Below are positions 1 through 9,496 of a DNA stretch of 64,000 bases, one piece after another. The DNA is from Candidatus Eiseniibacteriota bacterium. Its GTDB lineage: Bacteria > Arandabacterota > Arandabacteria > Arandabacterales > Arandabacteraceae. The DNA lies in the NCBI GenBank assembly GCA_043810925.1, contig JBDRNT010000094.1:4805-68804 (forward strand). The letters run 5' to 3'. A program made the position numbers and the translations under genes. A model generated the notes under the pieces. It did not search any database. It was not told where the DNA came from and saw only the letters and a program-made list of their open reading frames with translations. Within the stretch, counting starts at the first letter, position 1; each line of letters starts with the position of its first letter.

Positions 1-2110
1 CACGGTTGCATACATGTCACCGGAGCAGACCCAGGGCCGCCAGGTGGATGATGGGGCAGATGTGTGGTCGCTGGGGGTTGTACTATATGAGATGCTTACC
101 GGCCGGCTTCCCTTCCGAGGAGAATACGAGCAGGCAATGATCTACTCGATCCTGAACGAAGTCGTGGAGCCTGCCTCCGGGCTGAATACGGACGTCCCGG
201 CACCTCTGGAAGAGATCGTTCAGCGGGCCCTTGAGAAAAACCGGGAAGGGCGATACGCAAGTGTGCGTGAGATGCTTGCGGACTTACGCCGCGTGAGGGA
301 TGGTGCCGGGACGGCCGGCTCTCGGCCTGGGGAAAGCCCGGGAAAGGAGAGTACGCCATCGCTCACGAAGGATGCGAGCAAGCCGCGGGCATCGATCACG
401 CGGTGGGTCTATGTCGCTATTACGCTGATAGCAGTCACGTTTGTTGTTATCCTGATTCGGTCTCGCGGGCCGTCACTGGTCCAACCTCCAAGCCATCAGC
501 AAGTCACATTCGCAGGCGACGTGTCCCATCCTGCAATCTCCCCAGGAGGTGATCTCATAGCCTATGCATCCTCGGGGTCCGAAGGCGGGAGCAGTGTATT
601 TGTGCGGGAGCTGGCGGGAGGGACCGCACTTGAAGTGTTCAATGATGCCGAGATCAACTGCATCCGCTGGTCCCCGGATGGTGCGGAGTTACTGGTTTTA
701 GCTGTGAATGATTCAGTGAAGGGCACGTATCTTGTGCCGCGCTTGGGGGGAACACCCAGGCAGTTCGAGATCTGGTCAGAAGTGAGCTGGTCTCCGGACG
801 GTTCCAGGTTTGCCGGCATACGGCTTGCGCGCAAATACATCGGTCTCACTGATAAGGTGGGTGGCGGGAGCTCCTCCATCCCTTTGTCGGATGACTTCAC
901 ATGGACACGAGGTGTCGACTGGTCGCCTCTTGGGGACATGTTGCTGGTTCTTGAGCATGAGCGCGAGCAGTCCAGAATCTCGACGATCAGGGTGGACGGA
1001 AGCAACCAGCTGACGGTCGTGTTGGACAGTGTCTTGATCTCGTCGGCGCGGTGGTCCCCGGGAGGGGATGTTATCTACTACCTGCGTACCGGTAGCCAAA
1101 CAACCGATCTGATGAAGATTGCCGTCTCGTCTGCGACTGGAAAAGCGAGGAGTCCTGCAGTTCCGGTGCAAACGGGTCTCCAGGCCGGCGAATCCTTCAC
1201 GCTTTCGGGGGACAACACAAGAGTGCTTTACACGCGGGCTCAGTCATACTGGAATCTCTGGCTCGTACGTTATGGTGAAGACGGTCAAAAGGAGCCGATC
1301 GAAACCAGGCAACTGACTACCGGAACCTCTCTGGTTTACTATGCAAGCATCTCGCCGGACGGCCGGACAGTCGCATTCAGTATGGGAAATCTGGATCAGA
1401 TGAACGTGTTCACAATGCCGATTGAAGGAGGACCAATGAAGCAACTCACCTTCTTCGACTCAAGGGCTGACGGTGCAGCATGGTCACCGGATGGAAAGGA
1501 CATCGCATTTGGCCATGTCCACAAAGGAGCACTGAGAGTGTGGACTGTGAGCTCGACGGGGGGAACGCCCAAGGTCTTCAGTGAGACCGATCTCAGCCAG
1601 TCGCATACGATAACCTGGGCTCCCGGGAAGGATATTCTCTATCACCGGCCGGGGAACCGCAATTTCAATGTTCTGAATGCTGACACCGAGGCGGAGAGAC
1701 CTCTTGTGGCCGATGAATCGGTAGGCTGGATGTTTTGGCCGCGGTATTCTCCCGATGGCAGGAAGGTTGCCGTGTTCTGGAATCGCCAGGAAGGTGATGA
1801 TCCACAGCGGGGACTCTGGGTGATCTCGCTCGATGACTCATCGCTGACGTTCGTGCATCCTGGCGGCTCGGCTCCGACAGAATGGTCATCAGATGGGACG
1901 TGGATCTACGTCTGGGACCGTGAGGAAGAGGGTCCGACGATCATGAGGGTGCCGGCAAGCGGGGGTGAGATTGAGCCATTCATAACCCTGCCCCTGGAAA
2001 ACATGATTCCGGCAAGTATGACACTAGATGGTAAGAGCCTTGTCTGTGTTGTATATGAAGAACAGTCCGACGTCTGGCTGATGGAGAATTTCGATCCTGA
2101 GTGGAAGTGA
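1..2110 (+). CDS. Ser/Thr protein kinase, 5'-truncated at the window edge. C-terminal kinase lobe, then a TM segment and a TolB/PD40-like beta-propeller.
   Basis: The frame is open to base 2. Kinase motifs include YMSPEQ (APE motif) and DVWSLGVVLYEMLTGRLPF (subdomain IX). A hydrophobic segment WVYVAITLIAVTFVVILI follows. Repeated WSPDG / SPDG blades are typical of TolB-like propellers. Confidence 0.8.
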   Translation, partial: TVAYMSPEQTQGRQVDDGADVWSLGVVLYEMLTGRLPFRGEYEQAMIYSILNEVVEPASGLNTDVPAPLEEIVQRALEKNREGRYASVREMLADLRRVRDGAGTAGSRPGESPGKESTPSLTKDASKPRASITRWVYVAITLIAVTFVVILIRSRGPSLVQPPSHQQVTFAGDVSHPAISPGGDLIAYASSGSEGGSSVFVRELAGGTALEVFNDAEINCIRWSPDGAELLVLAVNDSVKGTYLVPRLGGTPRQFEIWSEVSWSPDGSRFAGIRLARKYIGLTDKVGGGSSSIPLSDDFTWTRGVDWSPLGDMLLVLEHEREQSRISTIRVDGSNQLTVVLDSVLISSARWSPGGDVIYYLRTGSQTTDLMKIAVSSATGKARSPAVPVQTGLQAGESFTLSGDNTRVLYTRAQSYWNLWLVRYGEDGQKEPIETRQLTTGTSLVYYASISPDGRTVAFSMGNLDQMNVFTMPIEGGPMKQLTFFDSRADGAAWSPDGKDIAFGHVHKGALRVWTVSSTGGTPKVFSETDLSQSHTITWAPGKDILYHRPGNRNFNVLNADTEAERPLVADESVGWMFWPRYSPDGRKVAVFWNRQEGDDPQRGLWVISLDDSSLTFVHPGGSAPTEWSSDGTWIYVWDREEEGPTIMRVPASGGEIEPFITLPLENMIPASMTLDGKSLVCVVYEEQSDVWLMENFDPEWK

Positions 2111-2328
2111 CCGCGAAAGCGACGGCGCCACACAGATAGAAACGAATCGTTTCTTCAATAGTCACGGTTGCTCTTACGCTCACATTCAACGAATCCGGCC
2201 AAGATGTAGCGGCCAAGAGTCTCACCGAGTTTGTGCGGGTTGATACAAGCCGCCAGGTTTTTTCCTCAAGTCTTGCTCCCCTGTCCGCCGATAGATAAAA
2301 CTGTGGCATCGAAAACAGGGGGAATTGC

Positions 2329-2823
2329 ATGGCGCGCATGAGACAGTTGTCTCCAAAGGGAGCATATCTATCCCAGACGATTCATGGTTACAAGGGTTAT
2401 TCCACCGCAGGAACGGCACGCGAAACCGATCAGGTTTTCTCTGAAGAGATCCTCGAGAAGTTAAGTGAAACCGTGTCGACGGCCGCGAGAATGAAGAGGC
2501 TCGTAGCCGGGAATGCCGACCCGGAAGTACTTCCGACGCTGGACATAGTCACCGACAAGGCCGATAAGCTTGCAAGAGATATAGCTGATGCGGTGCCGAC
2601 GGAAGACACACTGCTCGAAGCACTGGAAAACGGCAAGGCCGATGAGATCATAGATCTGGATTCCGCGATCCTGGAGAAAGTCGGAAACATCAACCAGGCC
2701 CTCTCAATGATGGATCTTAAGGGTGGGGTCGGAATCACACCCGACGATCTTGATTCGGCATGCGAGCTGCTCGACGACCTGGGCAACTACCTCAGGGAGA
2801 GGGCCATTATCCTTGCGGGCTAG
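2329..2823 (+). CDS. Hypothetical acidic soluble protein of 164 aa with no recognisable domain.
   Basis: Long ORF that is convergent with the acyl-CoA dehydrogenase gene. Asp/Glu-rich, no TM segment and no motifs I can name. Confidence 0.35.
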   Translation: MARMRQLSPKGAYLSQTIHGYKGYSTAGTARETDQVFSEEILEKLSETVSTAARMKRLVAGNADPEVLPTLDIVTDKADKLARDIADAVPTEDTLLEALENGKADEIIDLDSAILEKVGNINQALSMMDLKGGVGITPDDLDSACELLDDLGNYLRERAIILAG

Positions 2824-3992
2824 GCCCGTCCCACTGACGCAGTGGACTCCTTTATCAGGGCAAGGGCGATCTCGTTTCGCTGTATCTGGTTCGTCCCCTC
2901 GTAGATCTGGGTGATCTTGGCATCCCTCATCATCTTCTCAACGGGGTAGTCGTGCATGTATCCCCGGCCCCCGAAGACCTGGATGGCCTTGTTCGTTACC
3001 CGCATCGCAACATCCGATGCATAGAGCTTGGACATCGCCGATTCCTTCGTGGTCCGGGACGTGGTGGAATCCACCGTCCTTGCCGTCGCATAAAGGAGTG
3101 CCCTGGCTGCCTCCACCTCTGTTGCCATATCTGCAAGCATGTATTGAATCGCCTGGAGTGATGCCAGGGTCTCACCGAACTGGATGCGCTTGGTCGCATA
3201 GGCGACCGCCTCATCAAGCGCGCCGGCGGCTATACCCAGGGCCTGCGCGGCCACACCTGGTCTTGTAGCATCAAATGTGCGCAGTCCGAGAATCAGGCCC
3301 ATGCCCTGGCGGCTTAAGAGATTGGTGTTGGGGATACGGCAGTTCTCGAAGATGAGCTCCCTCGTTGCGGAGGCCCGAATACCGAGTTTGTTCTCTTTCT
3401 TGCCGAACTCGAAACCAGGTGTACCTTTCTCGACAACAAAGGCCGATATGCCACGCGGGCCCCTCTTCTTGTCCGTCACGGCGATCACGGTGTAGATGTC
3501 CGCCTCACCGCCGTTGGTGATAAAGCACTTGGTGCCGTTGAGTACATAGTCATCCCCGTCCTTGTCCGCAGTGGTGCGAAGGGCGGTGGCGTCGCTACCG
3601 GCCTCGTGCTCGGTAAGCGCGAATGCTGCCAGCTTCTCGCCCGTTGCCAGGGGAGACAGGAATTTCTTCTTCTGCTCGTCGTTTGCCCCGAGGAGAATCG
3701 GATAGGCGCCGAGAGCGGTCGCCGCAAGGCAGAGCGCGATTCCGCCGTCGACCTTGGAAATCTCCTCAACAACAAGCACGAGTTCGAAAACACCCATTCC
3801 CCGGCCGCCATACTCTTCCGGGATGTAGACACCAAAGAGCCCCGCCTCACCCAGGAGCTTTACTATGTCCCAGGGGAAGATCTCTTCGCGATCGTATTTC
3901 TGTCTGACCGGCTTGATGTTGTCTATGGCGATCTTACGCGTTCTTGAAACGATGTCTTTCTGTTCGTCAGTCAGGTTGTATTCCAAGGTCAT
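2820..3992 (-). CDS. Acyl-CoA dehydrogenase (short/medium-chain type).
   Basis: 390 aa. Acyl-CoA dehydrogenase family hallmarks such as GGRGMG, FITNGG and YEGTNQIQR. Confidence 0.9.
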   Translation of the reverse strand: MTLEYNLTDEQKDIVSRTRKIAIDNIKPVRQKYDREEIFPWDIVKLLGEAGLFGVYIPEEYGGRGMGVFELVLVVEEISKVDGGIALCLAATALGAYPILLGANDEQKKKFLSPLATGEKLAAFALTEHEAGSDATALRTTADKDGDDYVLNGTKCFITNGGEADIYTVIAVTDKKRGPRGISAFVVEKGTPGFEFGKKENKLGIRASATRELIFENCRIPNTNLLSRQGMGLILGLRTFDATRPGVAAQALGIAAGALDEAVAYATKRIQFGETLASLQAIQYMLADMATEVEAARALLYATARTVDSTTSRTTKESAMSKLYASDVAMRVTNKAIQVFGGRGYMHDYPVEKMMRDAKITQIYEGTNQIQRNEIALALIKESTASVGRA

Positions 3993-4262
3993 ACCTCCTT
4001 ATTGGTCTGGAGTGCACAGATACTACCCCACCCCGCAAATGGAGTCAAGTAAAGCCAAGTGCCATCGTTCTGACGCATCCGGATGCTGCCAGCTAAGTTG
4101 GGCGGTTGTGCGTGCGCACCGGGCGCGGCACATTGGCTGTGTTTAAGTGTCGAGCACACAAGCCGACTTTTTTCTGGACAAAGCCACCCACGTTCTTTCA
4201 AGATTTCTACCGTATCTATGCTGGTGTCTTGCAAAGCCGGGTTAAGAGCACTGGAGGTTGAC

Positions 4263-4370
4263 ATGGACGAGGTCATGCCGCTAAGTACGATACTGGCTTT
4301 CGGTCTTCCGCCCATCGGTTTCATCATCGCGATAGTGTGCTACTACGTCTTCACATCTGAGGATGATTAG
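4263..4370 (+). CDS. Small single-TM membrane protein (DUF3311-like companion of sodium:solute symporters).
   Basis: GGAGG lies 5 nt upstream of the ATG at 4263. The 35-aa product MDEVMPLSTILAFGLPPIGFIIAIVCYYVFTSEDD has one TM helix. Its stop overlaps the symporter start codon in the motif ATGATTAG. Confidence 0.35.
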   Translation: MDEVMPLSTILAFGLPPIGFIIAIVCYYVFTSEDD

Positions 4371-5850
4371 AATGGATATCACCCTATCCGTCGCCTTCCT
4401 GATCTACCTGGCAGTACTTATCGGGGTGGGGCTCATCGCCTTCAGGCGTACGAGGACCTTTGATGACTACTACCTTGCAGGGCGAAGCCTGAGCCCGACC
4501 GCGGCCGCCCTGAGCGCGGAGGCAAGCTCCGAAAGCGGTTGGCTCCTTTTGGGGTTACCCGGGCAGGCCTTCAGCCAGGGGATCGGAGCCTTCTGGGTCG
4601 CTCTCGGCTGTGTTTGCGGGACCTTCTTTAACTGGACCGCACTGGCCACCCGTCTCAGGAGGATAACGGGATTCTTCCGTGTCATCACAATCCCCGGCTA
4701 CCTCGAGGAAAGGTTCAATGACTCGAGGCACACGCTCCGGGTGATTGCTGCGATCCTGATTGCAGTCTTCATGACGGCTTATGTTGCTGCCCAGTTTGTG
4801 GCCTCGGGAAAGGCCTTGAGCGTCACCTTCGGGATCGACTATACGGTGGCGGTTCTCATCGGTGGGGTGGTCATCCTCTTTTACACAATGATGGGCGGCT
4901 TTTTCGCCGTTGCCTGGACGGATGTGATCCAGGCCATGATGATGATATTCGGGCTCGTTGTGATACCCGTGGTGGGAACAATCAAACTCGGAGGGCCGGT
5001 GGCGCTCTGGACGAAACTTGCGTCGGTCACTCCACCGGATGGTGGTTACTTAAGTCTCCGGGTGGGGAGGGAGGGTATCGGGCTTGCCACATTCCTTGTC
5101 GGGATGATCGGGATCGGTCTCGGCTATCCGGGTCAGCCTCATATAATGGTCCGCTTCATGGCGATTAAGAAGCCGAAGCTTGTGAGGAAAGGGGCATTGA
5201 TAGGCGTTGTGTGGGCGGTGATAGCCCTTTACGGGGCGGTCTTTATCGGGCTGGTGGCCAGAGCGGTGCTTACCGGTGACCCGGGTGACCCTGAGAGGGT
5301 CATGCCGCTCCTTGCGATGCAGATTCTACCTTCATGGCTTGCAGGCGTAATGATCGCCGCGGCGATGGCCGCGATGATGTCGACTGCCGATAGTCAGCTT
5401 CTTGTCGCATCGTCATCGTTTGTGCAGGACTTCTATCACAAGACCTTCGGGCGAGAGCCCAAACCGAAACAGCTCGTGCGCTTGAGCAGGATCGTCACGC
5501 TGGTCGTCGGTCTCGTTGCGATGGTGGTGGCGCTGCGCCAGGACCCGGAAAACCCCGTCGGAGTTGTCTTCTGGCTTGTGCTTTACGCCTGGGGAGGACT
5601 CGCGTCGAGTTTCGGCCCGCTGCTTGTGCTCTCACTTTACTGGAAGCGGGTGACCAGGGCGGGTGCGATCGCCGGGATAGTCTCCGGCTCGGTCGTGGTG
5701 ATTATCTGGAAAAACATTCCGGTGCTTTCAGGATTTCTTTATGAGCTCGTGCCCGGTTTCATCGTGAGTCTTATAGTGATCGTTGTCGTGAGCCTGCTCA
5801 CAATGCCGCCTGAACTCTCGGAGGAAGCCGCTGCTGCTATCGGGCTGTAA
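4363..5850 (+). CDS. Sodium:solute symporter family transporter (PutP-like).
   Basis: 495 aa with 12 or more TM helices and the typical SSS N-terminus (DYYLAGRSL...GWLLLGLPG). Confidence 0.85.
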   Translation: MIRMDITLSVAFLIYLAVLIGVGLIAFRRTRTFDDYYLAGRSLSPTAAALSAEASSESGWLLLGLPGQAFSQGIGAFWVALGCVCGTFFNWTALATRLRRITGFFRVITIPGYLEERFNDSRHTLRVIAAILIAVFMTAYVAAQFVASGKALSVTFGIDYTVAVLIGGVVILFYTMMGGFFAVAWTDVIQAMMMIFGLVVIPVVGTIKLGGPVALWTKLASVTPPDGGYLSLRVGREGIGLATFLVGMIGIGLGYPGQPHIMVRFMAIKKPKLVRKGALIGVVWAVIALYGAVFIGLVARAVLTGDPGDPERVMPLLAMQILPSWLAGVMIAAAMAAMMSTADSQLLVASSSFVQDFYHKTFGREPKPKQLVRLSRIVTLVVGLVAMVVALRQDPENPVGVVFWLVLYAWGGLASSFGPLLVLSLYWKRVTRAGAIAGIVSGSVVVIIWKNIPVLSGFLYELVPGFIVSLIVIVVVSLLTMPPELSEEAAAAIGL

Positions 5851-5961
5851 CGGGAAGCTGCATCAAGATATAAAAGCGGCAGGGGTTCGGCGGCGATATG
5901 GCAGCGATTCGGTAGCGACCCGGCGGCGATTCAGCGGTGCGGTGGCGATTCAGCAGGTCCG

Positions 5962-5990
5962 TTGACTCGCACTGCGGCGTGTGGTAGAAT
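5962..5990 (+). promoter_or_regulatory. Sigma70-like promoter: TTGACT, 17-nt spacer, TAGAAT.
   Basis: The -35 TTGACT is at 5962-5967 and the -10 TAGAAT at 5985-5990 with an exact 17-nt spacer. It sits about 30 nt upstream of the ferredoxin GTG start. It is preceded by three imperfect GGCGATTCAGCNG repeats at 5880-5960. Confidence 0.45.
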
Positions 5991-6020
5991 CTCGGCCAGC
6001 TATATAGACGGGGGTTAGAC

Positions 6021-6404
6021 GTGAAAATCGGCAGGGATGAACTACGGTGTACGGGGTGTAAGACGTGTCAATTGATATGCTCGCTCGAGCACTTCAAGGA
6101 ACACAACCCTAAGAAGGCGGCGATCGGCATAACGGGTAAGTTTCCGGCTCCGGGCAAGTATAAGATCAGTCTCTGTACCCAATGCGAGAAGTGTATCGAG
6201 GTCTGTCCGGCTGATGCGATCAGTAACGAGGCAGGCGTCATGAAGATCGATGCCGACAAGTGCAACTACTGTCTTGTTTGTGTTGACGAATGTCCTTTCG
6301 GTGCGATCTTCACTCACAGGGACTTTGAGAAACCCTTTATCTGTGATGTATGTGGCGAGTGTGTAGAGATCTGCCCGACGAAGGCGCTCTACTGGAAAGA
6401 GTAG
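6021..6404 (+). CDS. Polyferredoxin with up to four 4Fe-4S cluster motifs.
   Basis: GTG start. Motifs CTGCKTCQLIC, CTQCEKCIEVCP, CNYCLVCVDECP and CDVCGECVEICP. Confidence 0.85.
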   Translation: MKIGRDELRCTGCKTCQLICSLEHFKEHNPKKAAIGITGKFPAPGKYKISLCTQCEKCIEVCPADAISNEAGVMKIDADKCNYCLVCVDECPFGAIFTHRDFEKPFICDVCGECVEICPTKALYWKE

Positions 6405-6419
6405 AGATGGAGGAGCAAA

Positions 6420-8252
6420 GTGACAGGCGGCTATGGCGGTAGCATTTTAAAAATCAATCTGACTGATAGGAAGGTCGTGAAGGAACCGACGCCGGACGAT
6501 CTCATCAAGGACTACATAGGTGCCAGGGGATTCATAATCCGCACGCTGTTTAAGGAGCTGGCACCGGGCACGGACCCGCTCGGACCCGATGCCAAGTTTA
6601 TCATGGCGACGGGACCGCTCACGGGGCTTTTCGTTCCGTCTTCAGGCAAGATCCAGACGGGCGGTAAGTCACCCCTTACCGGTGGCTACGGGGAGGCAAA
6701 CTCCGGGGGTCACTTCCCGGAAGAACTCAAGCTCGCCGGTTACGACATGATCATCCTTGATGGACAGAGTGAGAAACCCTGTTACATCGTCATAGATGAT
6801 GACGAGGTTAGGATAGAGGATGCCGGTGATCTATGGGGCAAAGGCTCTTTCGCCGTCGAAGAGACGCTCAAGGCCAGTCTCGGTGATGACTTCCAGATTG
6901 CCTCCATCGGCCCGGCTGGTGAGAAGCTCGTAAAGATCGCCTGCATAACCCATGATTTCGGCCGCCAGGCGGGACGGACGGGCTTGGGTGCCGTTCTGGG
7001 TTCGAAGAAAGTCAAGGCGATCTGCCTGAGAGGTACAAAGGCGATTCGCGTACATGATCTCGACGGTCTTATGAAGGTCGGAAGACGCATGTACGAGCAG
7101 TGCTTCACCAACCCGGCGTTTGAGCTCTGGCAGACCTACGGAACATCGGCGGTCGTAAACTGGGCGAACCGGATCGGTGCGTTCCCGACACGGAACTTCA
7201 AGTCCGGCTACTTCGAGCAGTTCACGAATATAAGCGGGCCGCGCATGCGCAAGGATATCGTGGTCATAAACAAGGCCTGCTTTGCCTGTGCGATGTGTTG
7301 CGGCAAGTACTCGCATGCCAAGACGGATAAGTATGATGTTTACGTGGAAGGCCCCGAGTATGAGACCACGGCGATGATCGGGGGCGACTGCGCTCTGGGC
7401 AATATCAAGGACGTTGCATACGGCAACTACCTGTGTGACGACTACGGCATCGATACGATATCGGGCGGGAGCATTGCAGCCTTTGCGATCGAATGTTTCG
7501 AGAAGGGTATCATCACGGAGAAGGATACGGGCGGGCTCGTGCTCAAGTTCGGTGATCCCGAAAGCGTCTTCAGTCTGCTGAAGATGATAGCGATGCGGGA
7601 GGGCATAGGTGATGTGCTTGCCGAGGGCAGCAAGGCTGCTGCCGAGCACTTTGGCGGGGACTCCATCAAGTTCGCGATGCAGGTAAAGGGGCTCGAGCAG
7701 AGCGGGTATGAAACGAGAAGGGCGCCTGCGATGCTCCTTTCATATATGACCTCCGATATTGGTGCGCACCACAGACCGTCATGGGCGATCACGCATGACA
7801 TCGCGACGGGACGGGAGAGTGTTGAGGGCAAGGCGGTCAAGGTGATCGAGCTTCAACACACACGGCCGCTTTTTGACACCCTCGGGGTGTGCAGGCTTCC
7901 CTGGATTGAAATGCAGGTCCCGGTCAGCGATTATGCCGAAGCTTACAGGAAAGCCACGGGGATCGATTACAGCGAGCAGGATCTTATCTCGATATCCGAA
8001 CGGATATGGAATCTCACACGCATGTTCTGGGTGCGGGAGGTGCCGGGATTCGGACGTGCGTCCGACATTCCGCCGGCAAGGGTTTACGAGGACAAATTGA
8101 CCGGTGGTTCCACGGACGGTGGCATCCTTGAGCGCGAGAAGATCGAAGCCATGCTGGATGATTACTATAACCTGAGAGGCTGGACGAGCGATGGTATCCC
8201 GACCGGGCAAAAGCTGCATGAGCTCGGACTCGACTGGGTCAACCTTCCCTGA
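6420..8252 (+). CDS. aor: Aldehyde:ferredoxin oxidoreductase (tungsten-containing AOR family).
   Basis: 610 aa. The AOR N-terminus GGYGGSILKINLTD and the conserved AOR core are present. Confidence 0.9.
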   Translation: MTGGYGGSILKINLTDRKVVKEPTPDDLIKDYIGARGFIIRTLFKELAPGTDPLGPDAKFIMATGPLTGLFVPSSGKIQTGGKSPLTGGYGEANSGGHFPEELKLAGYDMIILDGQSEKPCYIVIDDDEVRIEDAGDLWGKGSFAVEETLKASLGDDFQIASIGPAGEKLVKIACITHDFGRQAGRTGLGAVLGSKKVKAICLRGTKAIRVHDLDGLMKVGRRMYEQCFTNPAFELWQTYGTSAVVNWANRIGAFPTRNFKSGYFEQFTNISGPRMRKDIVVINKACFACAMCCGKYSHAKTDKYDVYVEGPEYETTAMIGGDCALGNIKDVAYGNYLCDDYGIDTISGGSIAAFAIECFEKGIITEKDTGGLVLKFGDPESVFSLLKMIAMREGIGDVLAEGSKAAAEHFGGDSIKFAMQVKGLEQSGYETRRAPAMLLSYMTSDIGAHHRPSWAITHDIATGRESVEGKAVKVIELQHTRPLFDTLGVCRLPWIEMQVPVSDYAEAYRKATGIDYSEQDLISISERIWNLTRMFWVREVPGFGRASDIPPARVYEDKLTGGSTDGGILEREKIEAMLDDYYNLRGWTSDGIPTGQKLHELGLDWVNLP

Positions 8253-9494
8253 ATGAAAAACCGGGTCAGATTCACCTTCGTACGTGATCGCCTGAACCGA
8301 ACCGCAATCGCTTCACTTGTCGCGGCACTCGAATGCGAAGTCGACGATGTATCCGACTGCGTACGTGTGACAACCCCGAAGGATCTGCTCGAGCTCGACT
8401 TCGATCGATCCGGGCGCACCGTTGAAGTGGTTTGTGTCTCCTCGATGACCGTGAATTTCCCGTCCGCCTTACGCTTGATCAAGATCCTTAAGAAACGATG
8501 GGGTACGGATGCATTCATAACGCTCTCAGGCGGTGCCCACTCGAGCGGACAACCGCTAAAGGCTCTCAGTGCCGGCATTGACTACTGCTGTGTCGGCGAG
8601 GGGGAGGACGTGATCCGGGAGGTGGCACGCAATCCGGCGGCCGGGGAGAGTCTCAGTGAGATAGCCGGCGTCTACAGGCTTGAGGGTGAGATCTTGCAGG
8701 GTAAGCCGCGGACGGTTCCCGTCGATCTGAGCTCGTTTCCGGCGCTGCCGACGCGTATGAGATTCCCGACCTATATTGAAATCGGGCGAGGTTGCAGCTG
8801 GGGGTGCGGGTTTTGCCAGACGCCCGGGATTCACGGCCGGGTCGAACGGTTTCGAAGTGTGGCGGAGATTGAGGATATCGTGTCGGTCTATGCGGATTTC
8901 GGCATGAAGGACTTTCGCTTCCTGCTTCCGAACTCGCTTGGCTATGCATCGGATGAGGCCGGGAAGCCCAACTGTGATGTGCTGGAAGATCTCCTTGTGA
9001 GAAGCAGGTCCGTGTCAAAGGGCGGCAGGCTCTATCTGGGTTCGTTCCCATCGGAGGTGAGACCCGACTACGTGACGGAAGATGCAATCCGTATCCTCAA
9101 AGCACATGTCTCCAACACGAAGCTGGTGATCGGTGGCCAGTCGGGCAGCGATCGGATGCTCGAGTCTATCGGCAGGGGCCACGGGGTCGAGGCCATCAGG
9201 CGTTCCTGTGATATTATCTCATCATGCGGGTTCGTACCGGCGGTCGACATGGTTCTGGGTTTCCCCGGAGAGACATCCGATGACAGGCAAGCGACGTTTG
9301 CGTTTGTCGAAAAGCTGGGAGCGACGGGCACCATCTTCTACATACACTTCTTCATGCCGCTTCCGGGGACACCTCTGGCAGGCGGCGATCCGGTCTTTCT
9401 CACAGATGACGAGCGGAGAAACCTTGATCGGCTGGCCCAGGAGGGTATAGTCAGGGGCAGATGGCGAAGCCAGGAGGAACTCGCAGGAGAGTAG
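8253..9494 (+). CDS. B12-binding-domain radical SAM protein.
   Basis: Starts one base after the aor stop. N-terminal Rossmann-like B12-binding region. CSWGCGFC gives the CxxxCxxC radical SAM cluster. GGQSGSD (glycine-rich motif of this radical SAM family) is present. Confidence 0.8.
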   Translation: MKNRVRFTFVRDRLNRTAIASLVAALECEVDDVSDCVRVTTPKDLLELDFDRSGRTVEVVCVSSMTVNFPSALRLIKILKKRWGTDAFITLSGGAHSSGQPLKALSAGIDYCCVGEGEDVIREVARNPAAGESLSEIAGVYRLEGEILQGKPRTVPVDLSSFPALPTRMRFPTYIEIGRGCSWGCGFCQTPGIHGRVERFRSVAEIEDIVSVYADFGMKDFRFLLPNSLGYASDEAGKPNCDVLEDLLVRSRSVSKGGRLYLGSFPSEVRPDYVTEDAIRILKAHVSNTKLVIGGQSGSDRMLESIGRGHGVEAIRRSCDIISSCGFVPAVDMVLGFPGETSDDRQATFAFVEKLGATGTIFYIHFFMPLPGTPLAGGDPVFLTDDERRNLDRLAQEGIVRGRWRSQEELAGE

Positions 9495-9496
9495 CT

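Noticed and set aside
2111-2328. A 218-bp gap after the kinase gene, scanned for small RNAs or riboswitches.
   Set aside because: No recognisable structured-RNA consensus. It probably contains only the promoter and RBS of the hypothetical acidic protein gene.
4150-4190. Hairpin plus T-run (GTCGAGCACACAAGCCGACTTTTTT) as a terminator or attenuator upstream of the symporter.
   Set aside because: The stem is only about 4 bp, and nothing upstream on this strand needs terminating. It is more likely promoter-region AT-rich DNA.
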